Assembly (NCBI RefSeq): GCF_002113885.1
Contig: NW_018408726.1
Span: 1,295,828 to 1,359,827, forward strand
Direction: 5' to 3'
Length of the DNA: 64,000 bases
Source: Mizuhopecten yessoensis
Lineage: Eukaryota
In this document: positions 18,435-41,084 of the stretch, piece after piece
Layout: each line of letters begins with the position of its first letter
How positions within the stretch are numbered: position 1 is the first letter of the stretch
Notes under the pieces: model-generated
Told to the model about the DNA's origin: nothing
Databases searched by the model: none
What the model saw: only the letters and a program-made list of their open reading frames with translations
Position numbers and translations under genes: made by a program

Positions 18435-19630
18435 TAACATATATCACTCTAAACACGTCTATGTATCCTGTACTTTCATTTCTATAGCTTATTAAGTTGT
18501 AGTAACTGTGTCTCACAGCTCCCAGTAACCTTGTGGCTGTTTTATTGGACGTAATATCTGCCGACTTACAATACTGACCGTGAATACTTTAGATAGAATA
18601 AAGGAACATTTACGACGGATATCGAGTATAATGTTTGCACCGTGCCAAAGCAATTTTAACTCTTTACAACTTAAAGGCGCATTATTGTTTGGAGAATGGC
18701 TGCGTATATATTCTCTCCGAAACACAATATGGGTTACAACGCCTGTATATGCCACCATATAGCTCATACGAGTTTTAAGTCAATATACGGTTTCTATAGG
18801 CCTATATTTGTTTACCCGGGAACTCTGTATGGGTCTTTTGTTAAATCCACTATATTACAAAGGTCGGTAATTCACCACACAGTATTAGTAGTTAAAGCGA
18901 TCAATGAATGATTTACTTCTGTACAAACCCGTCACAAAATTCTCTGACCCTTTGTTATCACATTGATTCTGAAAAGAAATGTTTTGTTAAAGTGTAAATT
19001 TGTCACAGTATTTGTCGTATATGAACTTGTAATTAAATCCAAAACTGCCATGTCAAATGTCATATTCATGAGGAGCTCTCTTTGTTGTGAATAACAATAG
19101 ACTGTCACCTAGAAAGGTCAGTAAATGAGCTATGTATGTAAATTCTACCCTATCTTATTTTCTTCTTTTTATGAGATTAAAAAATACGTCTACTAATGAG
19201 AAATCATCGGTCCGTTTTTACAAATGTTCTGAAAATATATTGACATTTGGTAAGTCAGTACAAAGTGTTCCGAGATCGGCTATATAGTGTTAAGTTTTCT
19301 TATTCTAGATTACCAATATTAGCTGTTCACCCGAAAGCCATGCTATAAGAAAAAAACCACTTTATGACTTTTGATACAAAAACAATGCCTTGAGGTGATA
19401 TCATTCTTCTTAAAGTTGAGTTAGTTCAAGTTCTTAATTAGGTCTTGAGCAATTTTGCTCATCTGCTTATCAATCCAAATACATTATATGTTAGCGTACA
19501 CAAAGCACATGTACATACAATGATGAGAGCATATATAAATATATATTATATTGTTACACATGTACATACAATGATAAGAGCATGTATTACTATATATTAT
19601 ATTGTTACACATGTGCATATAATTACTATA

Positions 19631-20058
19631 AGTTCAGTTCAATTCAATTCAATTCAATTGATTGACTGTAGGCATTACGTCCCATGAGTACATATTACAT
19701 ACAATACATAATAAGGATGTGAAACAGCAAGACAAAAGTGGAGTACGAGTTAAAGAAATACAGCTCCTATCTTAAATGCTTCAAAAAAAAGGTGCCGAGA
19801 CGTTGTTATTGACACACAACAACTGTATTAATTTAAACATTGAAGGTTTTTGCCAATAGTGTTTATTGATATATTGACTTCTTAAGTCATTGTACAAATT
19901 ACATATTTATAAAAAATGATATTCGTCTTCTACTTCAGTAGTCGACTTAGAAATTGCACAATATCTCCTATTCCGCTCGATATTTCTATAAGGACCGGTT
20001 TCAATTGCCAAAGAATGTGCAGACATACGAAGTTTTGTTAAACATATTCTATATTTCT
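19631..20058 (-). mobile_element. 5'-truncated 3' end of a related RTEX-like LINE
   Basis: The reverse strand translates as KYRICLTKLRMSAHSLAIETGPYRNIERNRRYC...EVEDEYHF...KPSMFKLIQLL, matching the C-terminus of the element at 16644-18434. It ends in a (TTGAA)n tail at about 19631-19660. Confidence 0.82.
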
Positions 20059-20457
20059 AAGTTACGTCATAGTGTTTTCGTTGATACATAAAAATAAATG
20101 GTTTACATTATGACATGTATGCGCTCATTTTCGGTTGTCGTATTAATGACTAATTGGGTTGAAACGGTCAACTAAAAAGTGCCAACCATTCAATTTAAAA
20201 TGACGTAAGATCTCTAACCGATTCCAATGTTAGGTTGCCAGCTTTAGCTTTGTGTATTGACGACCAGCAGAACGGATATCGGTGATCCAAATCCGCCTAT
20301 CGCCAACTGACCAATACGGTTTTTAGGATTACCGCTAAGTAATAAAAATCTTTAGAAATTTGAATCGGGGTTTATATTAAGTCTCAACTAATTCGGTCCA
20401 ACCATTCAGGATATTTGGAAATAAGTGGAGCGTGATTTGAGAACTCTATTCCCTAGG

Positions 20458-20558
20458 TCCGGTATAAAAGAACCGGCTCCCTACGACGAGAACCAGTACG
20501 GAAAAGTAAGCTGACACGTTAACACTGTAAAGAACTACAGACAGCCCCAACTACCAAA
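20458..20558 (+). promoter_or_regulatory. Core promoter and 5'UTR of beta-tubulin copy 3 (TATAAAAG 20463-20470)
   Basis: TCCGGTATAAAAG and AGTACGGA are shared with copies 1 and 2. The last ~33 nt before the ATG are identical to copy 1. CCAAT boxes lie near 20224 and 20311. Confidence 0.7.
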
Positions 20559-24741
<4,183 letters not shown>

Positions 24742-25369
24742 ATGCTTTGAACCCTTGAAACATTGAGAACTTTTAACAGAAATCTAGTCCATCTGATTTC
24801 AAAGCTTGATTTTAACATCTAGAAAGAGTCGACAGAATTTTGAATTCTGATACAATTATCTTTAGGTACGCGTATAGATTTTGAAATGATGGCGATTCTG
24901 ATTGATCAAGCCCTGATTAAAAAATGTGCAAACATATATACTCTTCTTGTTTTTATTCATAAATTTCAGTTTATCATCTTCACTTTACAATTCATACTTT
25001 ACAGTCTTCATATTTCAATCTTCGCTTTTCAATATAAACATTTTTTAATGTTCACTTCACAAACTAAACATAGCCATCTTCACTTTTAACTTGATACTTT
25101 GCAGTATACATCTCACAGTCTGTAGTACTATCTACACTTACACCTCGGACAGAAAATAACGCCAGGGAATTTCGTCAAAGTTTAAAAATATTGTTTTTGT
25201 TTACAATCAACACTTAACATTATACATTTTACAATCTACACTTAGCAATCTACACATTACAATTAACGCTTTACATTTCATCGTTTACAATCCATATTTA
25301 AAAATCTACACTTTCAACATCTGTAAAAGGAAACGATACCAGGCCGAATTTCTTCAAAAGTTTGCTTCA

Positions 25370-25460
25370 TTAACTCATTCACCCCTGAAATTTAATATTG
25401 AACGATTCCAACCTTTGAATTGGAGGAGTTGAAATGTGTCTTCAGGGGTGAATGATATAA
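25370..25460. mobile_element. About 90-bp hairpin MITE with TTAA-like flanks (piggyBac-like)
   Basis: Perfect inverted repeat TCATTCACCCCTGAA / TTCAGGGGTGAATGA, flanked by TTAA and ATAA. Confidence 0.6.
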
Positions 25461-26883
25461 GGATCTCTGTCCCACTGCAGACAACCTACCGGATTCAGTA
25501 ACACCTCACCCACCACCCTTTAGCTTTAATTAAGATATAACTAGTGCAATTCGGCAGTAGCATTACCGTTGGTTAGATAAGTTAGTTGAGCTGGAGAATT
25601 CTAACACTCAGATTTCATCTTCTTATTTTTTTTAAGCCCCAAACGATTTTTTTTTTTAAATTTCGGAAATGATTTATCAAAATTAACGTCATGACGAAAA
25701 ACAGTTTCAATTGCAGGGATAATCATGGAGGTAGTCATGGGGCCATTGACCCCTGGTAACTTAAATCGATCCCTCCATGTTCAAATTTTCTTTTAATTTT
25801 ACATAGAATGGCCCCTTGTAATTTTGATATTGACAAAAAGTTGCTGATTGCATTCTTAAGCTTTTTGGCAGCAGTACGGGGATCCTTAAAAAAGTAACTA
25901 AAGTGTTCGGAAATGTATTTAAGAGAAAATGATCATCTTAAGTTGTGTGATGCAGATTATGAATCATTAAATCTCATAAAATTTAGCGTGAATAGAATTA
26001 TGATACACATGTAATATTACAAATACATTAAAAGGGTTCACAACAGTTGGATGTACAATATAAGCTAATATAAAATGTACGTCTCACTTTATACGACAAG
26101 GTTTATCACTAATGCATTTTATTTACAATTGATTAACAGAAAATTTGTTTAACAATTAATTACAAAAGAAAACATTTACTCGTTCACAAAAAGTGTTGAC
26201 CAAGTAGAGTTTTTCTGCAATAACAACTTTCAGGACATTATAAAATAAAACAGAACTCGTCTCCAATCTTATCCATGCTACATAATGTACCTTTCCGTTC
26301 ATATCTATCAATATCGTCTCGAAATACAAAACTTCAGCTACAAAGAAACATCTACATTTATCTGTTGTAACTAGATCTGCTTATTCGTTTACAACTTTGC
26401 TATAATCTACGTCATTATTGTTGACTATATTTTACAATTACAGTCTGTGATATACTTAAACAATGAAGAAAAACCCTTTTTTCTCGAACAATGTATAACT
26501 GGAACCAAAAAATACTTTTTGGAAGTAGCCTGCCCGACAGACCTGATAAAATGTGATGTGATAGGATGATATAGGAAAACTTGAAACAGGTTCTTCTTTC
26601 AACTTTTATTCCGGAAACCGGAAGTGCGTAACCAAACATAAAAACGACATTCAATTTCTTTATTTCCAAATGCAACAGATAGCATATAGGAGTTACAATA
26701 TACATGTACATACAAGTAAATATTACAATTCATTTATGTAAGATGGCGGAGAACATAGAGTAAGATAAAAGATGACATCATAGCAATGTTGACAACATAC
26801 AAAAGAAAATATATAATTATTGTCAGTGGCACAAAGCTGGAACATAGACTTAACGACATACAGAGAGGGAATCCCTCGGAACT

Positions 26884-26934
26884 CCTCGGGTGACTCGTTC
26901 CTCGAACACTGGAGCGTAGCGGAGTCACCCGAGG
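26884..26934. repeat. GC-rich hairpin with a 13-bp stem, probably a transposon subterminal remnant
   Basis: CCTCGGGTGACTC ... GAGTCACCCGAGG. Confidence 0.55.
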
Positions 26935-28424
26935 TTTGCCAATTGCCGGAATAGAGAGGGAATACGAAAAATATTAATACACAAAATAGTCGATTCCGGA
27001 TATTCTATATGTGGTTATAAATACATTTATTCCTTGTATATAACATCGTAACTGTGAACATATTATCACATTATGGTACATGTAACGGTTACATTAACAA
27101 CCTTTAATAAGTGTAACACTTCCCGTGAGACTCGTAAACAACTGTCTTGTATAATAATTACCTCCTGGGTTCGCTCTCATGCTAATTTTAAACATGATTT
27201 TCACGTCAACAAAATCATGAAAAAAAAATGAAAAAAACCACTTAATTATATAATATACTCAGTTTATCTGTTTAAGAGTCAATATTATCGGTAAATATAT
27301 TCACTGATTTGCCAATCATAAAAATTATCTTAAAATGTCATCCTTATCTGACCGCTCTAGGCGTGTAAATCCAGTAGATGAAGATCGGGTACCTTAAGGG
27401 ACTGATTTATAAGCTTTGATCGGCCGGATGACACGTCACCGTGAATTTAAATACAGGTAATTATCAATATTAACCGCGAAAACAAAACATGACGTGTCCT
27501 TTGATTGACAGTAACCCTTAGATTATTAACAAACATGATACCCTTATTTCTTCATTTCTCCTCTGAACATTTAATTTGAAAACTGATTAAATCAAATACA
27601 CCAGGATCGAGGTTTACAAAAACACTGTTTGCTGAATGCCAACACAAATTCTCAAGTGACATTTTTTAGTAAACATAACGAAAAAAATCCACGCGTAAAG
27701 TCCATGTTATATGGTTTAAACTTGATAATTGCGTGAATGTTGATAAAAAAAATCAACTATTGGGTTGTTTGAAGCTTTAAGAAATTCTGAGGTGTTTTGT
27801 TTTCAATCAAAAATAAACTAATAGAATTTAGATAAACCGGCCCTTTGTGTTAAGTTATTCCTTGTGTAATAGGAAAATTATTGAAATTTCTAACTGATAA
27901 CATTATTATGGGGCCGTTATAGGAATATACTATATTTTTCAAACTGATTCAATGCAATGATTGTGTGTAAGTTTTTAGAATCGAACGAATTCTATTTAGA
28001 AACTTTGGCTTGGTAATTTGGAATTATTTGAAACATATACAGCCCCTTTTTTTGCTTAATTACATAAAAACAATCAGATTGACTAATTTAACCTGACTTT
28101 ATACCACTGATTAGGTTTTGAATAACTGACTCTTATATCTGTTCAGGATTACACACCACTCGGAAAAAAAGATGATCACGCATGCGCACCCTCCAACATA
28201 TATGATTTAAATTCTATTTGCGAGTTTAAAACATTATTTAAATGCAAACTTACATTTCTGACATTTAATACGGTAAAATATAATGTATGAAAGGATTTAA
28301 TCGAAAGAAATTCATCCAGAATATATATAGATACTTTGTGTAGTGATCCGTGTGACCTATCTAAAGAAATGTGACTGTATGTCACTAGTAGTACAAGGTG
28401 ATATCCGTATACATTACTGCACGT

Positions 28425-31400
28425 TCCATGTGTATCTGTTATTTCATGTACTGTGTGTATATATGTTACTATATGTACTGTGTACATATGTTACTATATG
28501 TAATGTGTGTGTATGTTACTACATGTACTGTGTGTATCTGTTACTATATATACTGTGTGCATATGTTACTACATGTACTGTGTGTATCTGTTACTACATG
28601 TACTGTATGTATAGGTTACTATATATGCTGTGTGCATTTGTTACTACATGTACTGTGTGTATATGTTACTACATGTACTGTATATATATGTTACTACATG
28701 TAGTGTGTATATGTTACTACATGTACTGTGTGTATCTGTTACTATATGTACTGTGTGTATATGTTACTACATATGCTGTGTGTATCTGTTATTATATATA
28801 CTGTGTGCATATGTTACTACATGTGCAGTGTGTATCTGTTACTATATATACTGTGTGTATATGTTACTACATGTACTGTATATATATGCTACTACATGTT
28901 CTGTATGTATATGTTACTACATGTACTGTGTGTATCTGTTACTATATGTACTGTGTGTATATGTTACTACATGTACTGTATATATATGTTACTACATGTA
29001 GTGTGTATATGTTACTACATGTACTGTGTGTATCTGTTACTATATGTACTGTGTGTATATGTTACTACATGTACTGTGTGTATCTGTTACTCTATGTACT
29101 GTGTGTATATGTTACTACATGTACTGTGTGTAAATGTTACTACATTACTGTGTGTATATGTTACTACATGTACTGTGTGTATCTTTTACTCTATGTACTG
29201 TGTGTATATGTTACTACATATGCTGTGTGTATCTGTTATTATATATACTGTGTGCATATGTTACTACATGTACTGTGTGTATATGTTAATGTTACTACAT
29301 GTACTGTGTGTATCTGTTACTATATGTACTGTGTGTATATGTTACTATATGTACTGTGTGTATGTGTTGCTACATGTACTGTGTGTATATGTTACTACAT
29401 TACTGTGTGTATGTGTTAATACATGCAATGTGTGTATGTGTTTCTACATGTAATTTATGTATATGTTACTACATGTATTGTGTGTATCTGTTACTACATG
29501 TACTGTGTGTATATGTTACTACATGTACTGTGTGTATATGTTACTACATGTACTGTGTGTCTATGTTACTACATGTACTGTTATTTTTGTTACTACATGT
29601 ACTGTGTGTATATGTTATTACATGTACTGTGTTTTTTGTTACTTCTTGTACTGTGTTTTTTGTTACTTCTTGTACTGTGTTTTTTGTTACTTCTTGTACT
29701 GTGTTTTTTGTTACTTCTTGTACTGTGTTTTTTGTTACTAAATGTACTGTGTGTATAATATGTACTGTGTGTATCTGTTACCACATGTACTGTGTGTATC
29801 TGATACTATGTGTACTGTATGAATATGTTACTACATGTACTGTGTCTACATGTTACTACATGTACTGTTATTTTTGTTACTACATGTACTGATTGTTTCT
29901 GTTTCTACATGTTCTGTGTGTATCTGTTACTATATATACTGTGTGTATAGTGTATCTGTTACTACATGTAATGTGTTTTTTGTTACTTCTTGTACTGTGT
30001 TTTTTGTTACTTCTTGTACTGTGTTTTTTGTTACTTCTTGTACTGTGTTTTTTGTTACTACTTGTACTGTGTTTTTTGTTACTAAATGTACTGTGTGTAT
30101 CTATCTGTGTGTATCTGTTACTACATTTACTGTGTGTATATGTTACTTCATGTACTGTGTGTATCTGTTACCACATGTACTGTGTGTATCTGATACTATA
30201 TGTACTGTATGAATATGTTACTACATGTACTGTGTGTATATGCTATTAAATGTACACACAGTACATGTAGTTACATATACACACAGTAATGATGTAACAT
30301 ACATTTACTAATAGATGCACACAGTAAATGTAGGAACACATACACACAGTACATGTAGTAACGTAGTAACAAAAAACGCAGTACATATAGTATCAGATAC
30401 ACACAGTACATGTAGTAACGTAGTAACAAAAAACGCAGTACATATAGTATCAGATACACACAGTACATGTAGTAATAAATAAACACAATACATATAGTAA
30501 CATATACACGCAGTACATGTAGTAACAAACAACACTGTACATGTAGTAGCATATACACACAGTACATGAAGTAAGATATACACACAGTACATATAGTAAC
30601 AGATACACACTGCACATGTAGTAACATATGCACACAGTATATATAGTAATGTAGTAGCATATACACACAGTACAAGTAGTAACAAAAAACACATTACATG
30701 TAGTAACAGATACACCCAGTACATGTAGTAACAGATACTCACAGTACATGTAGTAACAAATAGCACAGTACATGTAATAACATATACCCACAGTACATGT
30801 AGTAACAAACAACACTGTACATGTAGTAGCATATACACACAGTACATGCAGTAACATATACACACAGCACATGTAGTAACAAAAAACGCAGTACATATAG
30901 TATCAGATACACACAGTACATGTATTGTGTTTATTTATTACTACATGTACTGTATGTATATGTTACTACATGTCATTACTGTGTGTATGTGTTACTACAT
31001 GTACTGTGAGTATCTGTTACTACATGTACCGTATGTATATGTTACTACATGTAATGTATGTATATGTTACTACATGTCATTACTGTGTGTATGTGTTACT
31101 ACATGTACTGTGAGTATCTGTTACTACATGTAGTGTGTGTATATGTTAATGTTAACTGTGTGTATCTGTTACTACCTGTTCTGTGTGTATATGTTACTAC
31201 CTGTACTGTATGTAAATGTTACTACATATACTGTGTGTATATGTTACTATATGACATGTGTGTATATGTTACAATATGTACTGTGTGTATCTGTTACTAC
31301 ATGTACTGTGTTTTTTGTTACTACTTGTACTGTGTTTTTTGTTACTACATGTACTGTGTGTATCTGTTACTACATGTACTATGTGTATCTGTTACTACAT

Positions 31401-34400
31401 GTACTGTGTGTATATGTTACTACATGTACTGTGTGTATCTGATACTATATGTACTGCGTTTTTTGTTACTACATGTGCTGTGTGTATATGTTACTTCATG
31501 TACTGTGTGTATATGTTACAACATTACTGTGTGTATATGTTACTACATCTACTGTGTGTATATGTTAATGTTACTACATGTACTGTGTGTATTTGATACT
31601 ACATGTACTGGGTGTATCTGTTACGATATGTACTGTGTGTATATGTTAATGTTACTAAATGTACTGTGTGTATATGTTACTACATGTACTGTGTGTATAT
31701 GTTACATCATTACTGTGTGTATATGTAACTACATGTACTGTGTGTATATGTTAATGTTACTACATGAACTGTGTGTATCTGTTACGACATGTACTGTGTG
31801 TATCTGATACTATATGTACTGTGTGTATATGTTACTATATGTACTGTGTGTATGTGTTACTACATGTACTGTGTGTTTATGTTACTACATTCCTATGTGT
31901 ATATGTTACTACATGTAGTGTGTGTATATGTTAATGTTACTACATGTACTGTGTGTATATGTTACTACATGCACTTTGTGTATCTTTGACTACTTGTACT
32001 GTGTGTATATGTTACTACATACACTGTGTGTATATGTTATTACTTGTACTATGTGTATCTTTGACTACTTGTACTGTGTGTATATGTTACTACATGTACT
32101 GTGTGTATATGTTACTACATGAACTGTGTGTATATGTTATTACAAGTACAATGTGTATCTTTGACTACTTGTACTGTTTGTATATGTTACTACATGTACT
32201 GTGTGTATCTGTTACTACATAAACTGTGTGTATATGTTATTACATGTACTATGTGTATCTTTGACTACTTGTACTGTGTGTATATGTTACTACATGTACT
32301 GTGTGTATATGTTACTACATGAACTGTGTGTATATGTTATTACATGTACTACGTGTATCTTTGACTACATGTACTGTGTTTTTATGTTACTACATGTACT
32401 GTGTGTATATGTTACTACATGTACTGTGTGTATATGTTACTACATGTACTGTGTGTATATATGTTTCTACATGTACTGTGTGTATATGTTATTACATGCA
32501 CTATGTGTATGTATTACTATATGTATTGTGTGTATATGTTAATGTTACTATATGTACTGTGTGTATATGTTACTACATGTACTGTGTGTTTTTGTTACGA
32601 CATGTACTCTGTGTATATGTTACTACATGTACTGTGTGTATATGTTACTATATGTACTATGTGTATCCGTTACTACATGTACTGTGTGTATGTGTTACTA
32701 CATTTACTGTGTGCATCTATTAGTAAATGTACTGTGTGTATCTATAATTATATATACTGTGTGTATATGCTACTACATGTAATGTGTGTATCTATTAGTA
32801 CATGTACTGTGTGTATCTATTACTACATGTACTGTGTATATATGTTACAACATGAACTGGTTTCTTTCTGTTTCTACATGTTCTGTGTGTATTTGTTACT
32901 ACATGTAATTTATATATATGGTTCTACATGTACTATGTTTATCTGTTACTACATGTACTGGGTGTATCTATTATTACATGTACTGTGTGTATATGTTACT
33001 ACATGCACTGTGTGTATTTGTTACAACATGAACTGGTTGTTTCTGTTTCTACATGTACCGTATGTATATGTTACTACATGTACTGTGTGTATCTGTTACT
33101 TCATGTACTATGTGTATATGTTACTACATGTACTGTGTTTATCTGTTACTACATGTACTGTGTGTATCTGTTACTACATGTACCGTATGTATATGTTACT
33201 ACATGTACTGTGTGTATCTGTTACTTCATGTACTATGTGTATATGTTACTACATGTACTGTGTGTATCTGTTACTACATGTACTGTGTGTATCTGTTAAT
33301 ATATGTACTGTGTGTATATGTTACTACATGTACTGTGGTTTTTTGTTACTACATGTACTGTGTGTATATGTTACTACATGTACTGTGTGTATCTGTTACT
33401 ACATGTACTGTGTGTATCTGTTACTACATGTACTGTGTGTATATGTTACTACATGTACTGTGTGTATCTGTTTCTACATGTACTGTGTTTTTTGTTACTT
33501 CATGTACTGTGTGTATCTGTTACTTCATGTACTGTGTTTTTGGTTACTACATGTACTGTGTGTATATGTTACTACATGTACTGTGTGTATCTGTTACTTC
33601 ATGTACTATGTGTATATGTTACTACATGTACTGTGTGTATCTGTTACTACATGTACTGTGTGTATCTGTTACTTCATGTACTATGTGTATATGTTACTAC
33701 ATGTACTGTGTGTATCTGTTACTACATGTACTGTGTGTATCTGTTACTACATGTACTGTGTGTATATGTTACTACATGCACTGTGTGTATATGCTACTAT
33801 ATGTACTGTGTGTATATGTTACTACATGTACTGTGTGTATATGTTACTACATGTACTGTGTGTATCTATTAGTACATGAACTGTGTGTATCTATTACTAC
33901 ATGTACTGTGTATATTTGTTACAACATGAACTGGTTGTTTCTGTTTCTACATGTTCTGTGTGTATCTGTTACTATATGTAATTTATGTAAATGTTACTAC
34001 ATATACTGTGTGTATATGTTACTGTATGTACTATGTGTATATGTTACTATATGTACTGTGTGTATCTGTTACTACATGTACTGTGTGTATCTGTTACTAC
34101 ATGTACTGTGTTTTTTGTTACTACTTGTACTGTGTTTTTTGTTACTACATGTACTGTGTGTATCTGTTAATACATGTACTGTGTGTATATGTTACTACGT
34201 GTACTGTATGTAAATGTTACTACATAAACTGTGTGTATATGTTACTATATTACTGTGTGTATATGTTACTATATGTACTGTGTGTATCTGTTACTACATG
34301 TACTGTGTGTATCTGTTACTACATGTACTGTGTTTTTTGTTACTACTTGTACTGTGTTTTTTGTTACTACATGTACTGTGTGTATCTGTTAATACATGTA

Positions 34401-35341
34401 CTGTGTGTATATGTTACTACGTGTACTGTATGTAAATGTTACTACATAAACTGTGTGTATATGTTACTATATTACTGTGTGTATATGTTACTATATGTAC
34501 TGTGTGTATCTGTTACTACATGTACTGTGTGTATCTGTTACTACATGTACTGTGTTTTTTGTTACTACTTGTACTGTGTTTTTTGTTACTACATGTACTG
34601 TTTGTATCTGTTACTACATGTACTATGCTACTATATGTACTGTATGTATATGTTACTACAAGTACTGTGTGTATATGTTACTACATGTACTGTATGTATA
34701 TGTTACTACATGTATTGTATGTATATGTTACTATATGTATTGTGTTTATTTATTACTACATGTACTGTGTGTATATGCTATTAAATGTACTGTGTTTTTT
34801 TGTTACTACATGTACTTTGTGTATATGTTACTAAATGTACTGTGTTTATTTATTACTACATGTACTGTGTGAATATGCTATTAAATGTACTGTGTTTTTT
34901 TGTTACTACATGTACTTTGTGTATATGTTACTACATGTACTGTATGTATATGTTACTACATGTACTGTGTGTATCTGATACTATATGTACTGTATGAATA
35001 TGTTACTACATGTACTGAATGTATATGTTACTACATGTACGGTATGTATATGTTACTATATGTACTGTGTTTATTTATGACTACATGTACTGTGTGTATA
35101 TGTTACTACATGTACTGTATGTATATGTTACTACATGTACCTTATGTATATGTTACTATATGTACTGTGTTTATTTATTACTACATGTACTGTGTGTATA
35201 TGTTACTACATGTACTGTGTGTATATGCTATTACATGTACTGTGGTGTTTTTTTACTACATGTACTTTGTGTATATGTTACTACATGTACTGTGTTTATT
35301 TGTTACTATATGTACTGGATGTATCTGTTACTACATGTACA
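28425..35341. repeat. About 6.9-kb satellite with a 25-bp unit (TGTTACTACATGTACTGTGTGTAT[A/C]) and an inverted block at about 30253-30920
   Basis: Periodicity read directly, with a TACATGTA palindromic core and shorter T-rich variant units. A 222-bp higher-order duplication lies near 34060-34500. Confidence 0.97.
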
Positions 35342-36309
35342 ATTAAGAGGATTATAAAATGATATTCAGGTAAAATATCAATAACTATATCGATAGTATT
35401 TAGTAATATATTTATCAGCGACGTTGTACACCATTATTGTAAAAACGTTTAACCAAACTGCTCTTTCTTAAAAGATCGATAATCGAAGAAATAACAGAAT
35501 GCATCAAAACAAACAACCACATTTTTTGGCAATATCTTCTAACGGGACAACATTACGGATCAAAAATACGTTAATAAAACACCGATATGATTAATTAATT
35601 TGCCTTCTGTAGTGATCTGCCAACACAAAACTACGACAACCCCAAAATATAAAATTTTATAAAAAAAAAATCATCCTGGAGAGGTAAGAACCAGCGAAAT
35701 GCCTTTGGAATCGGTCTCCTAGGTGGTTTTTTTTATAATTTTCAAGCAGATAGTTATATTCTTTGCATGACTTTTAAATCACGAAAAATACATATACATT
35801 ATATATGATTACTGACATGTTGAATATTTTATGTGAGCACCTCTGCGGTGAAAATGTCGAAGAGTACCAGAGTACCAGACACAATAATAGAGGTATAGTA
35901 TCTTCAGTTTGTATGCGCACATGCATAATTAATATACTTTCTATGGTCCCTATAGAACCATATTCATGTATAGGTATACGTATAGAGTTAATTAACAATG
36001 TGTGTAATTATACCTCGATCGAAATAAAGCCGGGGGCCTATATACATGCCTCTAACAGTTTTGTATACGTATTGTATATATACAATACACTAGTGACCCA
36101 TTATAACTCTCTACAGGAACAAACACGAAATATAAAAGTTCAATATGTAATATTTATACATGCCATTTAATAGCCTTGTGTCGTACCCCAGGAGTGGTGT
36201 GATCTCGTCACAAAGGCCCTTTAAATGTTTGTCCTGTATGACTGTTGTGTTGTATAGCGACCACGTAAGCTTTATATTTAAGTTTTATGTCAAATGTAAA
36301 TCCTAGCAA

Positions 36310-36600
36310 TGGAATCTATAGAATAAATGAGGCCCTGGGGTAGGAACTGTCATCTATAGAATAAACGAGACCCCCTCGGGATAGGGGATACCATCTATAG
36401 AATGAATGAGGAACCTCAGGGTGGGGGTCACATTTAGAATGAATAAGGCCCCGGAATGAAGAACCTCAGGGTGGGGATGGGCGTCACCTTTAAAATAAAT
36501 AAAGCCCCGGGGTAGGGGTTGTCATCTATAAAATAAGTACGAAAAACCCGGCTAGGGTGTCCTCTGTAGAGTAATGGGAAACATCAGGGTAGAAAATATA
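36310..36600. repeat. Degenerate ~37-bp tandem repeat (ATCTATAGAATAAATGAGGCCC..GGGGTAGG)
   Basis: About 7 loosely conserved units. Confidence 0.55.
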
Positions 36601-37609
36601 TGTGACCAATAATTCTGGTATCTAGAAATTTTTCCTTCCTAAAAATGCATTTGTATGAAAATATGTTCTAGAAAAAAATGGAATCCCAGATGGGATGTCA
36701 GCTGAAATATATAACGATCAAGGTATCCTTGGAATACAGGGTATATGAACGACCCCAGCGATATCGCAGTAAGTAAGCTATAATGGGTAGGAAAGCAACC
36801 CCGGGCGAGTAGAAACATACTTATGAAACACGGAATAAAGAACCGGTCCGGGTGGGAATGATAAATAATTACATTAAATAAATAATTGGAACTGAAAACT
36901 ATACATAAATACCAGTCCAAGATACTAGATAGGACAAGCCTATATGGATAAGGGAACGACACCGGGGTACTAAATATGGCATACAGGAAGGACACATGAC
37001 TGTATTATAGACGTAGGACTTCAGGGGCTAAAGACATAACACAGGGAAGTGGTGATTCTAGGTTTCATAACCTCCCTCCCACTCCCCACAGGAAATTTGA
37101 AAAGGGACTTTCGATCCGCCACACGCTAGATAAGTTACATCCATAATTCCCCATATAGGCCAGTACACATATTTTCAATATATACTTCTCTATCCGAGCA
37201 CAGACAATACAATACCCTCTGGTTTGGAAATAAACAGTTCATATATCTACTAAACTATCATTGTCAGCATTAAATCATCAAAAACGTAGCCGGTATCCTA
37301 AATATAATGATTTGTTTGGTGTAAGTACACGGGAACAATGTCAAACAGTGTCATACCATTGATCGTTGGTTACCACAGGTAAATAAATGAAAGTTGTTGA
37401 GATAGTGTTTGTTGACATCACCACCTAGCAACCGCGGATGATTATCTATATACTATTTTTTAAACTTTGTGCATTACGAACATTTTAGTAAGTTAAAGTA
37501 TTATCAAATCCCTTATAAATGTTTGATATTTTTGTAATTGTGCTGAAATCGCCTTGCAATATTTGTAATTCGATAATGCAGGACAAGAAAATAATCCCTC
37601 GTATGCCCA

Positions 37610-37758
37610 TCAACCAATGAAAGCGGTTCGTCACGGCGGATGAATAAATTGTGCTCTCAACAGGGTTTAAATACCGCCTGCACACCATCAATCGAACAGA
37701 CGTGGAAATTTGTTGACCGATTTTGGAACGAAAGAGAGCCCCCACACACTAAATCAAA
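37610..37758 (+). promoter_or_regulatory. Promoter and 5'UTR of copy 4, unrelated to those of copies 1-3
   Basis: CCAAT at about 37614 and TATA-like TTTAAATA at 37666-37673, 93 nt before the ATG. Confidence 0.5.

Positions 37759-41084
<3,326 letters not shown>

Noticed and set aside
18190-18516. His/Ser-rich 108-aa ORF
   Set aside because: Translation of the (GAT)n/(GCT)n microsatellite in a LINE 3'UTR.
24800-24875. Polylinker-like run of HindIII, XbaI, SalI, EcoRI and MluI sites in the shared 3'UTR
   Set aside because: Order and spacing do not match a standard cloning site as I recall it, and the sequence recurs with natural variation after three genes. Not vector contamination.
28343-35362. 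Many long Cys/Tyr/Val-rich ORFs (up to 492 aa)
   Set aside because: They are translations of a stop-poor 25-bp satellite, open in all three frames and switching strand with the inverted block.
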